From Gemmatimonadota bacterium (GTDB lineage Bacteria > Gemmatimonadota > Gemmatimonadetes > Palauibacterales > Palauibacteraceae): DNA of 64,000 nucleotides. The notes under the pieces were generated by a model. It worked only from the letters and a program-made list of their open reading frames with translations. It was not told where the DNA came from and ran no database searches. A program made the position numbers and the translations under genes. The stretch lies in assembly GCA_020351855.1 (NCBI GenBank), contig CP070670.1:2843274-2907273 (forward strand), in the 5' to 3' direction. Below are positions 48,008-57,274 of the stretch, one piece after another. Numbering within the stretch: the first letter of the stretch is position 1; each line of letters opens with the position of its first letter.

Positions 48008-48058
48008 GCTCCTCACCTTGCTTGGCGGCCCGTCCTTGAGACGCACGAGCCGATCCGC

Positions 48059-48637
48059 TCAGAGCTGCACCCAGACCTGCCGCGGCTGGCCGGGACGATG
48101 ATCCGGATTCTTTATGACCAGCCGGAAGTCTGCGATTTCCTTCCCGACATGCTCCTCGGCCGACTCCTGCCAGTCCGTGTCCAGCGATTCCCGCAGTGAG
48201 CCGTATACGAGCGAGAACCGGACGATCCAGCGCTGCGAACGCCGACTTCCGCCGGAAACGGGTGACACGAACCCGTCGAAGGCGTGACCATCGGCATCGA
48301 TCAGCGACATCTTGGGAAAGGACATCATGGAACCCGGCCGGTAGCCGTTGAACGCATCGTCGAAGGTAGGCTGGAACCGCTCTTCGTAGTTCTCGAGCCT
48401 GATCACGACCTCGATGTCCTTATAGCGGCCGCCGCTGCGCGACTTCACGTCCTCCCTCGCCCGTTCCACGGCAAACACGAACGCCCCCATCTCGATGCCC
48501 TCTCCGAGCCGGACCTCCTCACCGGAGGAGCAGCCCGAGAGGGGGAGCACCGAGGCGAGCGGGATCGCCTGCAACAGGTACCGCAGCGGCCGCCTAAGAT
48601 CACCCCGAATCGCCTCTTCCACCCCCGCCGCGCTCAT
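48059..48637 (-). CDS. Hypothetical lipoprotein (beta-sandwich, DUF4352-like)
   Basis: LSG-C lipobox; weak similarity to the upstream neighbour. Confidence 0.65.
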   Translation of the reverse strand: MSAAGVEEAIRGDLRRPLRYLLQAIPLASVLPLSGCSSGEEVRLGEGIEMGAFVFAVERAREDVKSRSGGRYKDIEVVIRLENYEERFQPTFDDAFNGYRPGSMMSFPKMSLIDADGHAFDGFVSPVSGGSRRSQRWIVRFSLVYGSLRESLDTDWQESAEEHVGKEIADFRLVIKNPDHRPGQPRQVWVQL

Positions 48638-48678
48638 CTCTTCACCTCCATCCGATCCCTCCGGTGGCACCCGCCCCC

Positions 48679-49209
48679 TTACGGCCGACTGAGCGGGATC
48701 TCCGCCACAGCGAGCCCGCCCGGGACCGGATCGGGGTTCTCGACGAGCAGGGTGAAGCGCTCGCTGTCCTCGTACACGTGGAACACGGCCACCCACTCGC
48801 GCTGCGGGAAGCCCGTCGGCATCCAATGGTAGAGGTCCGCAGGCATCGCGCTGAAAGCCGGCGTTCGCTCCCCTGCCTCATCGAGCACGGTGAATCGGCC
48901 CTCGATGAAGGCCTCGATGAAGGTCTGGGCGTCCCACTCCTCCAGGTCCTCGAGCCCCTCCCAATGAACAAAGACCGCAATGACCTTCTCGCCCGGCGAG
49001 GCCCGAAGGGAGTTGAGCGGGTTCGGCGGCGGTCTGGCGACCGTCTCCATTCGCCGGACCTTGATGGCGAAGTCCGGCAAAGCGATCCGAGAGCCGAGCG
49101 AGAATACGGTCGGCTCGGGAGGCCGCTCTCCGCCGCAGGCGCAGAGGCCGATGGCCGCGACGGCGGGCCATGCGCGCCACCCCCCGACCAGCCGGACCAA
49201 ACGGCTCAT
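48679..49209 (-). CDS. Hypothetical lipoprotein (beta-sandwich, DUF4352-like)
   Basis: GGAGGGAG RBS; LCA-C lipobox. Confidence 0.7.
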   Translation of the reverse strand: MSRLVRLVGGWRAWPAVAAIGLCACGGERPPEPTVFSLGSRIALPDFAIKVRRMETVARPPPNPLNSLRASPGEKVIAVFVHWEGLEDLEEWDAQTFIEAFIEGRFTVLDEAGERTPAFSAMPADLYHWMPTGFPQREWVAVFHVYEDSERFTLLVENPDPVPGGLAVAEIPLSRP

Positions 49210-49456
49210 AGCGCTCCCTCCTGGATTTGCAGCGCATAGGTCGAACGGCCTGTTGTAGTATAGGCCTCGGTCCGCCCCGCCGCTTGTGGCTCGTCCGGAG
49301 GCGGATACGTCGCGGAGGTTTCCCCTCAGTCGCGTAAGAGTTTTCCCGATAGCTCTGGCTGGCGGGGACGCCCTAGGGTGACGGTGGCAGCGTGAAAACG
49401 GGATCGAGGCGTACCAGTGCCTCGAGGCATCGTCGAAAGCGGGCGGCAGGTGAGCG

Positions 49457-49624
49457 ATGGCCAGCTACGAGTACCACTGCAAGGACTGCAAGGCGACCTT
49501 CACGATCAGCGAGCCGATCTCCAAGCACACCGGGCGCAAGAGACCCAAGTGCCCGCAGTGCAGCGGGCACCGCACGGAGCAGCTCTTCTCGTCGTTCTTC
49601 GCGAAAACGAGTTCCAAGACCTGA
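49457..49624 (+). CDS. FmdB-family zinc-ribbon protein (55 aa, below the ORF-track cutoff)
   Basis: Translated by hand: MASYEYHCKDCKATFTISEPISKHTGRKRPKCPQCSGHRTEQLFSSFFAKTSSKT; YEY.C..C...CP.C; AGGTG RBS. Confidence 0.85.
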   Translation: MASYEYHCKDCKATFTISEPISKHTGRKRPKCPQCSGHRTEQLFSSFFAKTSSKT

Positions 49625-49662
49625 GCGGCGCGGCCCGACGAGGGCGGCTGGACAGGTGACCG

Positions 49663-49938
49663 TCAGAGAAACTCTCGGAGCTGGAGCTCCGCGCAGATCT
49701 GCTTCGCGACCACTTGGATTCTCGCTCGCGCCCGCGGGTCGGACACCGACGTGCTCAGCCACTCCGCCGGCACGCGGTCGATTTCCGTATCGTGTGGATC
49801 GCAGACCCGCACATGGTCACCCCTCGGTCCGGGATAGCACGAGAAGTCGGTTCCCGGACTTCGATCCGGACACACGTCGAGGATGGCACTCTCGAGAATG
49901 TCGATCATCCGGTCGATCGTGAGCTTTTGCGTCACCAC
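49663..49938 (-). CDS. Hypothetical protein
   Basis: 91-aa ORF with protein-like composition filling the gap between genes; no family recognised. Confidence 0.5.
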   Translation of the reverse strand: MVTQKLTIDRMIDILESAILDVCPDRSPGTDFSCYPGPRGDHVRVCDPHDTEIDRVPAEWLSTSVSDPRARARIQVVAKQICAELQLREFL

Positions 49939-50014
49939 CGTGATTCCGTGGCTCCAGATGTGCGGTCGTTTCTCTTCCTAATCTACGAAGAAAACGGCCC
50001 GGTGCCGCCTCCCT

Positions 50015-50560
50015 TCAAAAGAGCACGCCCCCCGTGAGAACGAACTGCTCGCCACCGGCCAGTTCGACCCGCAGCTCGAAGTAAGGAAATACCGGACCGG
50101 ACCCGAACAGCGTGCCGCCCAGCAGGTTCACCCCCAGATCGGTGTCCGACGCCCCATCGCCTCCGACCTCTGGCCGCCTGGAGGAGTAGGCGACGTTCAG
50201 CCCGCCTCCGGCATAGGGAGAGACGGCCGTGGTGCCCTCGATTCGGAAGTTGTAAGCGACATTGCCATTCAGCTCCCAGTACGTTCGGTCCTCGCCAGGG
50301 GGCTCGTCCGGGAAGAACCAGTCGAACGTCCCAATGATGGACAGGCGATCGGGAGACCGCAGGTGGGCGTGCAGGCGGCCCCCGAGCCCCAACTCGCTGC
50401 TGCTCCCGTAACTGAGTTGCGGTCCGAGCCGGATGCGCCGCGTCCCGCCGGTCTGCCCGCGGGCATCCGCCACACCGAACACAAACGACAGAAGCAGCAA
50501 GAGGAGCAGCGTCCGCATCACCGCTGCACCATGCTGAGCTCGTGTGTACATGTAAGCCAT
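50015..50560 (-). CDS. Small outer-membrane beta-barrel protein
   Basis: Signal peptide; amphipathic strands, PYAGGGL, terminal Phe; start may be 50518. Confidence 0.8.
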   Translation of the reverse strand: MAYMYTRAQHGAAVMRTLLLLLLLSFVFGVADARGQTGGTRRIRLGPQLSYGSSSELGLGGRLHAHLRSPDRLSIIGTFDWFFPDEPPGEDRTYWELNGNVAYNFRIEGTTAVSPYAGGGLNVAYSSRRPEVGGDGASDTDLGVNLLGGTLFGSGPVFPYFELRVELAGGEQFVLTGGVLF

Positions 50561-50769
50561 CTCCCGCTGCGGCCCCTTCCGGCGCGCCAGCAACCAACCA
50601 CCGCAACGGTCGTGCCCCGAAGACGGCACGATCACGGAACGCCGCAACCAGTTGTTACGTAACAGCTTACGCTACACCCGCCGGCGGCGGTGGCGCTCTT
50701 ATTCATGCACGAAGTGCAGTGGGTCGTTTCGGTAGGGAGAGATGCGCCGCCCGGCATGCCGGCGGGCCG

Positions 50770-51792
50770 TCACCGCCGCGACTGGCCCCAGGGCGCTGCA
50801 GCGGCGAGGACGGGCTGACGACAGAAGCGAAGCTCCCGCGCCGCCCAGGAGATCAGCAGGGCGCAGCGCAGGAAGAACGGCGAGCCGACTAGCATCGCCG
50901 GCCGATCGCCGAGGCCGAGCTGCCCGAAGATCGGCAGATCGGCCATCTCACCGCCCAGCGCTTCCAGCCGCACCGTACCGACGTCGATCGAGTCGATGCG
51001 GGTCCCATAGGTCTGTACGGTGCCCCGTCCGATCCCGCGGGGATCGTCGCTCAAAGGCTGCTCGGTCAGCTCGACACCCGTGGCGTCCGCCGCGCTCGGA
51101 TTGAGGAGGAGCGCGGGAGATCCGGAATCCAGAATGGCGTCGATGGTCGACCCGTTGACCGAGACCGGAAAGCGGATGATCCCGCTGCGGATGCGGTCGA
51201 ATGAAACGGCCTCCTCCCGACCGACGACCGGGCCGCCGTTCGTGCCCGTCGTCCCGCGCTTGTAGAGTCGAAGGACGCGGGCCGGCGCGTCGATGAGGAC
51301 GTCGTAGTACCTCAGCAGATCCGAGCCTACGATCCCGTCGAAGCGGTGCTGATCGTCATGGGCCAGGATCTCGTCATTGAGAAGGTACTTCTCCCATTTC
51401 CCGGCCCGGGCATCGCCCAACCTCATCAGTCGCGTCTCGACGACCGGAACTCGCGCCTGGCCGCTCGCCCCGCTCAGCTTCGCGTGGCCCACAGGCTTCA
51501 GCCCGAGCCGTCGCGCCACGCTCCGGGTGACCGCCCCCAGCGTCGCGCCCGTGTCCAGGAGGAACCGTAGGGTCTGGCCCCGCAGCTCCACGGGTACGAC
51601 CAGCATCCTGCCGACCAGCTCGATCGGCACCTCGGTGACCAACTCGCCCTCGAGCGAGGAGCGCGCACCGTTCTTCTCCACCGCCCCGAGCTCCTGGGCG
51701 AGCCCGCACGGTGCCTGCACCGTTAGCAGCGTGGCGACGAACGCGCCGGCCAGCACCCGGCGGTGCCGCGCGCTGGAAGCCCTGTCTCCCAT
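50770..51792 (-). CDS. Secreted retropepsin-like aspartyl protease with two domains
   Basis: FLLDTGA and AILDSGS motifs, DGIVG.D.L; start approximate. Confidence 0.8.
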   Translation of the reverse strand: MGDRASSARHRRVLAGAFVATLLTVQAPCGLAQELGAVEKNGARSSLEGELVTEVPIELVGRMLVVPVELRGQTLRFLLDTGATLGAVTRSVARRLGLKPVGHAKLSGASGQARVPVVETRLMRLGDARAGKWEKYLLNDEILAHDDQHRFDGIVGSDLLRYYDVLIDAPARVLRLYKRGTTGTNGGPVVGREEAVSFDRIRSGIIRFPVSVNGSTIDAILDSGSPALLLNPSAADATGVELTEQPLSDDPRGIGRGTVQTYGTRIDSIDVGTVRLEALGGEMADLPIFGQLGLGDRPAMLVGSPFFLRCALLISWAARELRFCRQPVLAAAAPWGQSRR

Positions 51793-51961
51793 GCCCTGTC
51801 GAACGCTCCTGCCAGCGCTCTGTTCCCCTAGCCGGATCGGTCTCTCCTTGCCGAGGTGCTTGGCAGCCATCGCGGGTTTCGCTGTCGGTCCGGCGGCGGG
51901 CAGAGCCGGTGCCCGAAGCCGCGCTGGCAGGTTAGCTTCACAAGAAGGAGCTGAATTCCCG

Positions 51962-53530
51962 ATGCACGATTTCATCTTCAGACTTCGGAGGCTGTTCGCC
52001 GAGCTGAGGCGCCGACGCGTCTTCCGAGTCGCAGCGGTGTACGCGGTCGTCGCGTTCGTGCTGCTCGAGGTGATGGATCCGCTGTTCCCTGCCCTCCTGC
52101 TTCCGGATTGGGCAGACACCCTGGTCGCGGTCCTCCTGATTGCCGGCTTCCCCCTCGCCATTCTCTTGGCCTGGGCCTACGAGACGGGGCCCGGGGCGAT
52201 GGGCCGTCCGGCGGAGGCCGGTGCCGCAGGCACGCGCCCCTTCGATTCGGTCGCCGTTCTTCCGTTCTCCAACCTCAGCGGCGACTCGGAGAACGAGTAC
52301 CTGAGCGATGGGATCACGGAGGAGCTGATCAACGCGCTCAACCAGGTGAAGGGACTGCGCGTCGCATCCCGCGGATCGTGCTTTCGTTACAAGGGCAAGG
52401 CCGTCGATGCCCGCGACGTGGGGAGCGAGCTCGGCGCTCGAGCGGTCCTGGAGGGAAGCGTCCGGAGGAGCGGGGACCGGCTCCGGGTGAACGTGCAGCT
52501 CGCAAATGCCCTCGACGGATACAATGTCTGGTCGGGCAGCTACGACCACCGTCTCACCGACATCTTCGGAATGCAGGAGGAGATCGCCAGGGCAATCGTC
52601 GAGGCCCTGCGCCTGGAGCTTCCCGGCGCTGCATCGGCGGAGCTGGTGAATGCCCCTACGGCGAGCATCGCGGCGTACGAGCTCTATCTGCGCGGGCGCC
52701 AGTATTTTCACGAGCGTCGCAAGAAGGGTTTCCTGTACGCGAGGCAAATGTTCCGGCGGGCGATCGAGGTCGATCCGGGCTACGCTCTGGCCTGGGCCGG
52801 CCTGGCTGATTCCAGCGCCTTCCTCGCCCACTGGTTTCAGGACGAGGAGGAGGCATCGAATGTGGCAGAGGCCGATCGGGCCAGCCGCCGCGCCATCGAG
52901 CTGGCGCCCGAGTCGGGCCAGGCGCACGCCTCGCGGGGCTTCGCTCTTTTCCTGATGAAGCAGTTCGAGGAGGCGAGGCGCGAGTTCGAGACGGCCCTGG
53001 GGCTCGATCCCGAACAGTACGACGCTCGCTACCTCCAGGCGCGGGCGTGCTATCAACAGGGAGACCTGGAGCGGGCGCTGGAGCTGTTCGAGGAGGCGGC
53101 CCGCACCGGGGAGGAGGATCACGAGGCGCGCTATTTCACGGCCCAGACCCTGTCGGCGCTCGAGCGCGGTGAGGAGGCGAAGGCCGCCTACAAGCGTGCT
53201 CTCCCATACATCGAGCGCCACCTGGAGCTGTACCCGGATGATGCGCGGGCCTGGACACAGGGCGCCGTGTCCCACAGCCGCCTCGGAAACCGCGCGAGGG
53301 GCCTTAGCTGGGCGGAGAAGGCGATCGAGGTCGATCCCGAGGATGCGGCAGTCCGCTACAACGTGGCCTGCCTGTACGCGCTCGAGGGAGAGACCGACCG
53401 TGCGATCGCCTGTCTGCGGCAGGCGCTAGTCGACGGTTTCTTCGCTCACCCGGAGTGGATAAAGTACGATCCCGATCTGGACTCGCTGCGCGACGACCCG
53501 CGCTTCCAGGCCCTGCTGGAGGGAGCGTGA
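51962..53530 (+). CDS. Membrane-anchored TolB-like/TPR protein
   Basis: AAGGAG RBS; ELRRRRVFRVA..Y with two TMs; SVAVLPF.N.S, YLSDGITEE, LEGSVR, AYELYLRG; TPRs. Confidence 0.85.
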   Translation: MHDFIFRLRRLFAELRRRRVFRVAAVYAVVAFVLLEVMDPLFPALLLPDWADTLVAVLLIAGFPLAILLAWAYETGPGAMGRPAEAGAAGTRPFDSVAVLPFSNLSGDSENEYLSDGITEELINALNQVKGLRVASRGSCFRYKGKAVDARDVGSELGARAVLEGSVRRSGDRLRVNVQLANALDGYNVWSGSYDHRLTDIFGMQEEIARAIVEALRLELPGAASAELVNAPTASIAAYELYLRGRQYFHERRKKGFLYARQMFRRAIEVDPGYALAWAGLADSSAFLAHWFQDEEEASNVAEADRASRRAIELAPESGQAHASRGFALFLMKQFEEARREFETALGLDPEQYDARYLQARACYQQGDLERALELFEEAARTGEEDHEARYFTAQTLSALERGEEAKAAYKRALPYIERHLELYPDDARAWTQGAVSHSRLGNRARGLSWAEKAIEVDPEDAAVRYNVACLYALEGETDRAIACLRQALVDGFFAHPEWIKYDPDLDSLRDDPRFQALLEGA

Positions 53531-53569
53531 GCGCGGGTCGAGCTCACCCCCTCCCCTGACGGCCAAGCG

Positions 53570-54610
53570 CTACGCCTCTAGGAGAACCTCCCGGATCCGG
53601 GCCGCGTACTCGCGGCTCTCACGATCGTCCGTGAGCAGCTCGATCCTGTCGGGACCGCCCACGCCGAGCCCCAGCTCCGCCGCTCGCGCGATCTGCTCCT
53701 GCGCGAAGACCGCTCCGCGGCTCACCTCGGCCGTGGTCCCGAAGTAGCGCAGGATCGCCACGCCGACCGCGTCGAGAGCGACGCGATCCGTCCCCGCCAG
53801 CACGACCTCCGTGCGGGCGGTCTCGCCGGTATGGGGCCCACCGCTCACGAACGCCTCCACGCCGTCGAGAACCACCAGGTCCGGCACGTAGGCCATGTTG
53901 ACCTCGGCGATCATCCGCCGCTGGTCAGGAGACCGGTGAAGCTCCCGCATGTAGTCGTGGGGCTGACCGGGCACTCGTTTCGCGACGAGGCCCACCGAGT
54001 TCTTGAGCGACAGCGTGAAGTGCCCTCCGAATTGATGGGTCTTTAGGCAACAGGTCTGTACCACGCCGTCCGCCTCCAGAACCGGACGGGCCACCGGGAA
54101 ACCGCGGCTCCAGTGCCCGCCATCCAGGGAGATGATCTCCCAACCGGAGGCGCTCAGCTCATCGAACACGACGGTGTCGAAGCCCAGCTCCTCGCCCATC
54201 CGGAAGATCCGCTTCCGCTCCATGACCTCGCGTGTGTCGCCCATCCCGCTGCGGTCTCCCACCGTGATGCGCCCTGCGCCCCGCGACTGCAGCTCCTCCA
54301 CCAGGGTCGTCAGCGTCTGGTCGTGCGTCGACCCGGGGCTCTGGTGATGGCTGTTGAAGTTGGGCTTGAGAAAGAGATGCCGGCCCCGCACGTCCCCGAA
54401 CTCGAGGATGTCGAGTGCACGGCGCACGCCGACGGCGTGATCGCCGGTCTTGACGAATGCCACGTGGGCCGTGGCATCAGGAACGCCCGGCCTGGGGGCG
54501 CCTGCCCGAGCGGGCAGGCGGCCGAGGAGGATCGCGGTATCGACCAGGCACGGGGTCAGGGCCAAACCGCCCAGTCCGGCCGTCGTCTTGACGAAGTCTC
54601 GCCGTTCCAT
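53570..54610 (-). CDS. DUF362 domain protein with Tat signal
   Basis: RRDFVK Tat motif; LKPN, LKTH, TLSLKNSVG, D.VALD. Confidence 0.8.
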   Translation of the reverse strand: MERRDFVKTTAGLGGLALTPCLVDTAILLGRLPARAGAPRPGVPDATAHVAFVKTGDHAVGVRRALDILEFGDVRGRHLFLKPNFNSHHQSPGSTHDQTLTTLVEELQSRGAGRITVGDRSGMGDTREVMERKRIFRMGEELGFDTVVFDELSASGWEIISLDGGHWSRGFPVARPVLEADGVVQTCCLKTHQFGGHFTLSLKNSVGLVAKRVPGQPHDYMRELHRSPDQRRMIAEVNMAYVPDLVVLDGVEAFVSGGPHTGETARTEVVLAGTDRVALDAVGVAILRYFGTTAEVSRGAVFAQEQIARAAELGLGVGGPDRIELLTDDRESREYAARIREVLLEA

Positions 54611-54794
54611 GGGCTCCTCCCGCGTGAGCTACCGGATCGGGCAGATGCGTCCCCCCCAGCGTGCTCCCGTACTCAGCCTAGCCCAACCGCCGGCTCCCGC
54701 CAGAAGGAGATCCCCGCTCCGTCGCGTGGGGAAATGGCCTACACGCGGCCTGCACTCGGACAGGCCGGCCGGGCCGGAGCGGCTCCCTGACCCT

Positions 54795-56111
54795 TTAGGG
54801 CAGGGAGCCCGGCTCGCGGCCGGATGAGGCGATCGTGATCGTCTCGAGGCCGTGCGCGTTCGGACCCGTCTCCTGACGGCGGAGAAGCCAGGCAAAGAGG
54901 AAGCCGAGAAAGCCGAGCACCGAGAAGATCCACATCCCGAGCGCATAGCCGTCCGGATTCTCCACGCTCGCTCCCGCAAAGTCGTTCGCCCAGCCGATCA
55001 GGAGGTTGAACCCGAACAGGCCGATGTTCTGGATCATGGTCATGAAGCCGTATGCCGTTCCGAGCCGGTTCTCGTCGACCAGGTAGGCCACGGCCGGCCA
55101 CATCACGGCCGGCACGAGCGAAAAGGCGATCCCCATCATGGCCATGGGAACCCGGAGGTCGACGGCCGTATAGGCCATCATGAGGTAGACCGGGACGAGG
55201 AGGAGAGACCCCCACATCATGAACAGGGCTCGCCGACCCGTGCGATCCACGATGTATCCGAAGATCGGCGTGAAGATCATGGCGAACAGCGTGATCATGC
55301 TCGAGAGAAAGCCGCCGAACTCCCGGCTCGTACCGTGCGCCTCGATGAAAAACTTCACGGCGAAGGTCTGGAAGGGGAAGATCGCCGAGTAGAAGGTGAC
55401 GCACAGCAGGACGACGTACATGTAGGCCTTGGGGAAGCGGAACAGGTCCGCAAGCACCACCTTTTCCGTTTCGCCCGCCTCGCCGAGATCGTAATCCCGC
55501 TCCGCCTTGTCCTCGAGGAGCCAGTAGATGAGCGGCCCGACGATGCAGAGCGTGCCGAACCCCACGGAGATGAGCAAGGGCCACTGCCAGCTCTCGAATG
55601 CCGGGCGGGCCCAGGTGGGTGAGTTGAGTGCCAGGAAGGAGCCCAGGCGGGCGATCGTGAGGTTCACGCCGAAGGCGAACGACAGCTCCCTACCCTTGAA
55701 CCATTTGGCAATCGCCGTGGTGACCGAGACGATCAGCGACTCGGCGCCGACGCCGAAGACCAGCCGGCCCGCGGCCATCACGGCCAGCGAACTCGTGGCG
55801 GCCGTGACGGCGGCGCCGACGAAGCAGAGGAAGCCGAAGAGCAGGGTCGCCTTCTTGACTCCGATCCGGTCGATGATGATGCCGCCCAGCAGCACCATCA
55901 GGATGTTGGGGAAGCTGTAGATGGCGTTCAGCAGCCCGATGTTGCGATCCGAGAAGCCCAGCTGCTCCTTGAGGAGGTCGGCGATCGGGCTGACCGCGTC
56001 GTAGACGTAATAGTTGCCGAACATCGCCAGGCTGATGACGACGAGAACGGCCCACCGATACGGCGGCGGGGGCGGGGGCTTCAGCGAGCCGTCGGCAACG
56101 CGTGTATTCAT
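54795..56111 (-). CDS. MFS transporter (MFSD1-like)
   Basis: About 12 TMs; RW.VL....L..FGNYYVYD, IYSFPN, GGIIIDRIG, GAESL, KWF.G.ELS.AFG. Confidence 0.85.
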   Translation of the reverse strand: MNTRVADGSLKPPPPPPYRWAVLVVISLAMFGNYYVYDAVSPIADLLKEQLGFSDRNIGLLNAIYSFPNILMVLLGGIIIDRIGVKKATLLFGFLCFVGAAVTAATSSLAVMAAGRLVFGVGAESLIVSVTTAIAKWFKGRELSFAFGVNLTIARLGSFLALNSPTWARPAFESWQWPLLISVGFGTLCIVGPLIYWLLEDKAERDYDLGEAGETEKVVLADLFRFPKAYMYVVLLCVTFYSAIFPFQTFAVKFFIEAHGTSREFGGFLSSMITLFAMIFTPIFGYIVDRTGRRALFMMWGSLLLVPVYLMMAYTAVDLRVPMAMMGIAFSLVPAVMWPAVAYLVDENRLGTAYGFMTMIQNIGLFGFNLLIGWANDFAGASVENPDGYALGMWIFSVLGFLGFLFAWLLRRQETGPNAHGLETITIASSGREPGSLP

Positions 56112-56129
56112 GGCAGGCCCTTGGATGCG

Positions 56130-56157
56130 CGAAAGCCCCGTTCCTCCGGGGCTTTCG
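56130..56157. terminator. Intergenic stem-loop, probable terminator of the 56184-56618 gene
   Basis: CGAAAGCCCCG-TTCCTC-CGGGGCTTTCG 11-bp stem; weak U-tract. Confidence 0.5.
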
Positions 56158-56183
56158 GGTTCATGAAACGGCGAGCGTCATCC

Positions 56184-56618
56184 CTAGGTGCGCTTTCGCG
56201 CGATGTAGCTGTTCGTCCGGGCGATGTAGGACTGATATTCGTCCCACAGGGCCTGAGCCGCCGACTCGCCCCCGGCACGCTCGACCAGCTTGGCCCACCA
56301 CTTCTGGTTGTTCGGGCTCTGCTGCCACTCCATGAAGCTCGGACCCTCGGCCCTGTGCCAGATGACCGTGAGGTCCCACGCGCCCGTCTCGTGCTCCAGG
56401 ATCATGACGGGCAGCGGCGTCCCGGCCGCCCTCGAGGTCGGCCTGAACTGCTGCTCGATCAGGTCGATCGCCGCGGCCGCCTTGCCGGCTTTGAAGTCGA
56501 TTTCGATGACCTCGTACCATTCGATGTCGGTCCACTTCATGCCCTGCGGCTCCTCCTGGGCCAGGATCACGGTCGGAAGGGCGAGCAGGAGAGTCGCTGT
56601 CACGGCCAAGCTTCGCAT
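56184..56618 (-). CDS. Secreted hypothetical protein
   Basis: GGGAGG RBS; signal peptide ending ILA-QEE. Confidence 0.75.
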   Translation of the reverse strand: MRSLAVTATLLLALPTVILAQEEPQGMKWTDIEWYEVIEIDFKAGKAAAAIDLIEQQFRPTSRAAGTPLPVMILEHETGAWDLTVIWHRAEGPSFMEWQQSPNNQKWWAKLVERAGGESAAQALWDEYQSYIARTNSYIARKRT

Positions 56619-56739
56619 CGTACCTCCCTGGTTTGAGCGCGATCGGTCATGCCCGACAGCGGGCGCAGCAGTATCGAGGGGCGACCGAACTCCGGTCAAG
56701 AGCGGGCACCACCCGCGCGATGCCCGGGCACGCCCGACG

Positions 56740-57267
56740 CTACGGACGCCAGCCCTCGTAAAGGATGTGGGCGGGCTCGACCTGCGCGGGCTGGCCGAGT
56801 CGCAGCATCTGGTTGGCGAGCCACTCCAGCCACTCATCGAACTTCTCGTTCTGCTGCTCCCGGCGAACGGCGTGCACCCAGTCGCTCATCCGGTTCCAGC
56901 ACGTCTGCGTGACGCCGCCCATCAGCTCCCAGACCGTTTCGAGCGGCACGATGCGATGGTGCACCATGATGGCGACCGCCTCCAGCGTCAGGCTGACGAG
57001 CATCGCCGCATCCTCATGCTGGCGCGACCGCCGGAGCTCCTGGGCGGAGCAGTCCTCGGGCAGCGAGAGGAGCAGCAGCAGGGCGTGCGCGAACTGCGGG
57101 TTCTGGAAGGCACGCGCCAGCTCGATCGCGGCCTTTTCCTTTCTCTGTCTCTGGAACTCGCGGATCTGCAGCACCGCGAACGTGAGACCACCGATCACGA
57201 TGAACACCCCGATGATCTCGGCCAGATTGGCGAGCGTTCCCAGGTCGAGCCGAGCCAGCGCGCTCAC
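56740..57267 (-). CDS. Hypothetical membrane-anchored protein (DUF4760-like)
   Basis: N-terminal TM (LAEIIGVFIVIGGLTFAVLQ); C-terminal V...R.......EW.EWL pattern. Confidence 0.65.
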   Translation of the reverse strand: MSALARLDLGTLANLAEIIGVFIVIGGLTFAVLQIREFQRQRKEKAAIELARAFQNPQFAHALLLLLSLPEDCSAQELRRSRQHEDAAMLVSLTLEAVAIMVHHRIVPLETVWELMGGVTQTCWNRMSDWVHAVRREQQNEKFDEWLEWLANQMLRLGQPAQVEPAHILYEGWRP

Positions 57268-57274
57268 GGGAGCC

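Noticed and set aside
51377-52161. Apparent long overlap between the aspartyl protease and TPR genes
   Set aside because: Artefact of upstream-most start calling; plausible starts at about 51792 (-) and 51962 (+) make them divergent and non-overlapping
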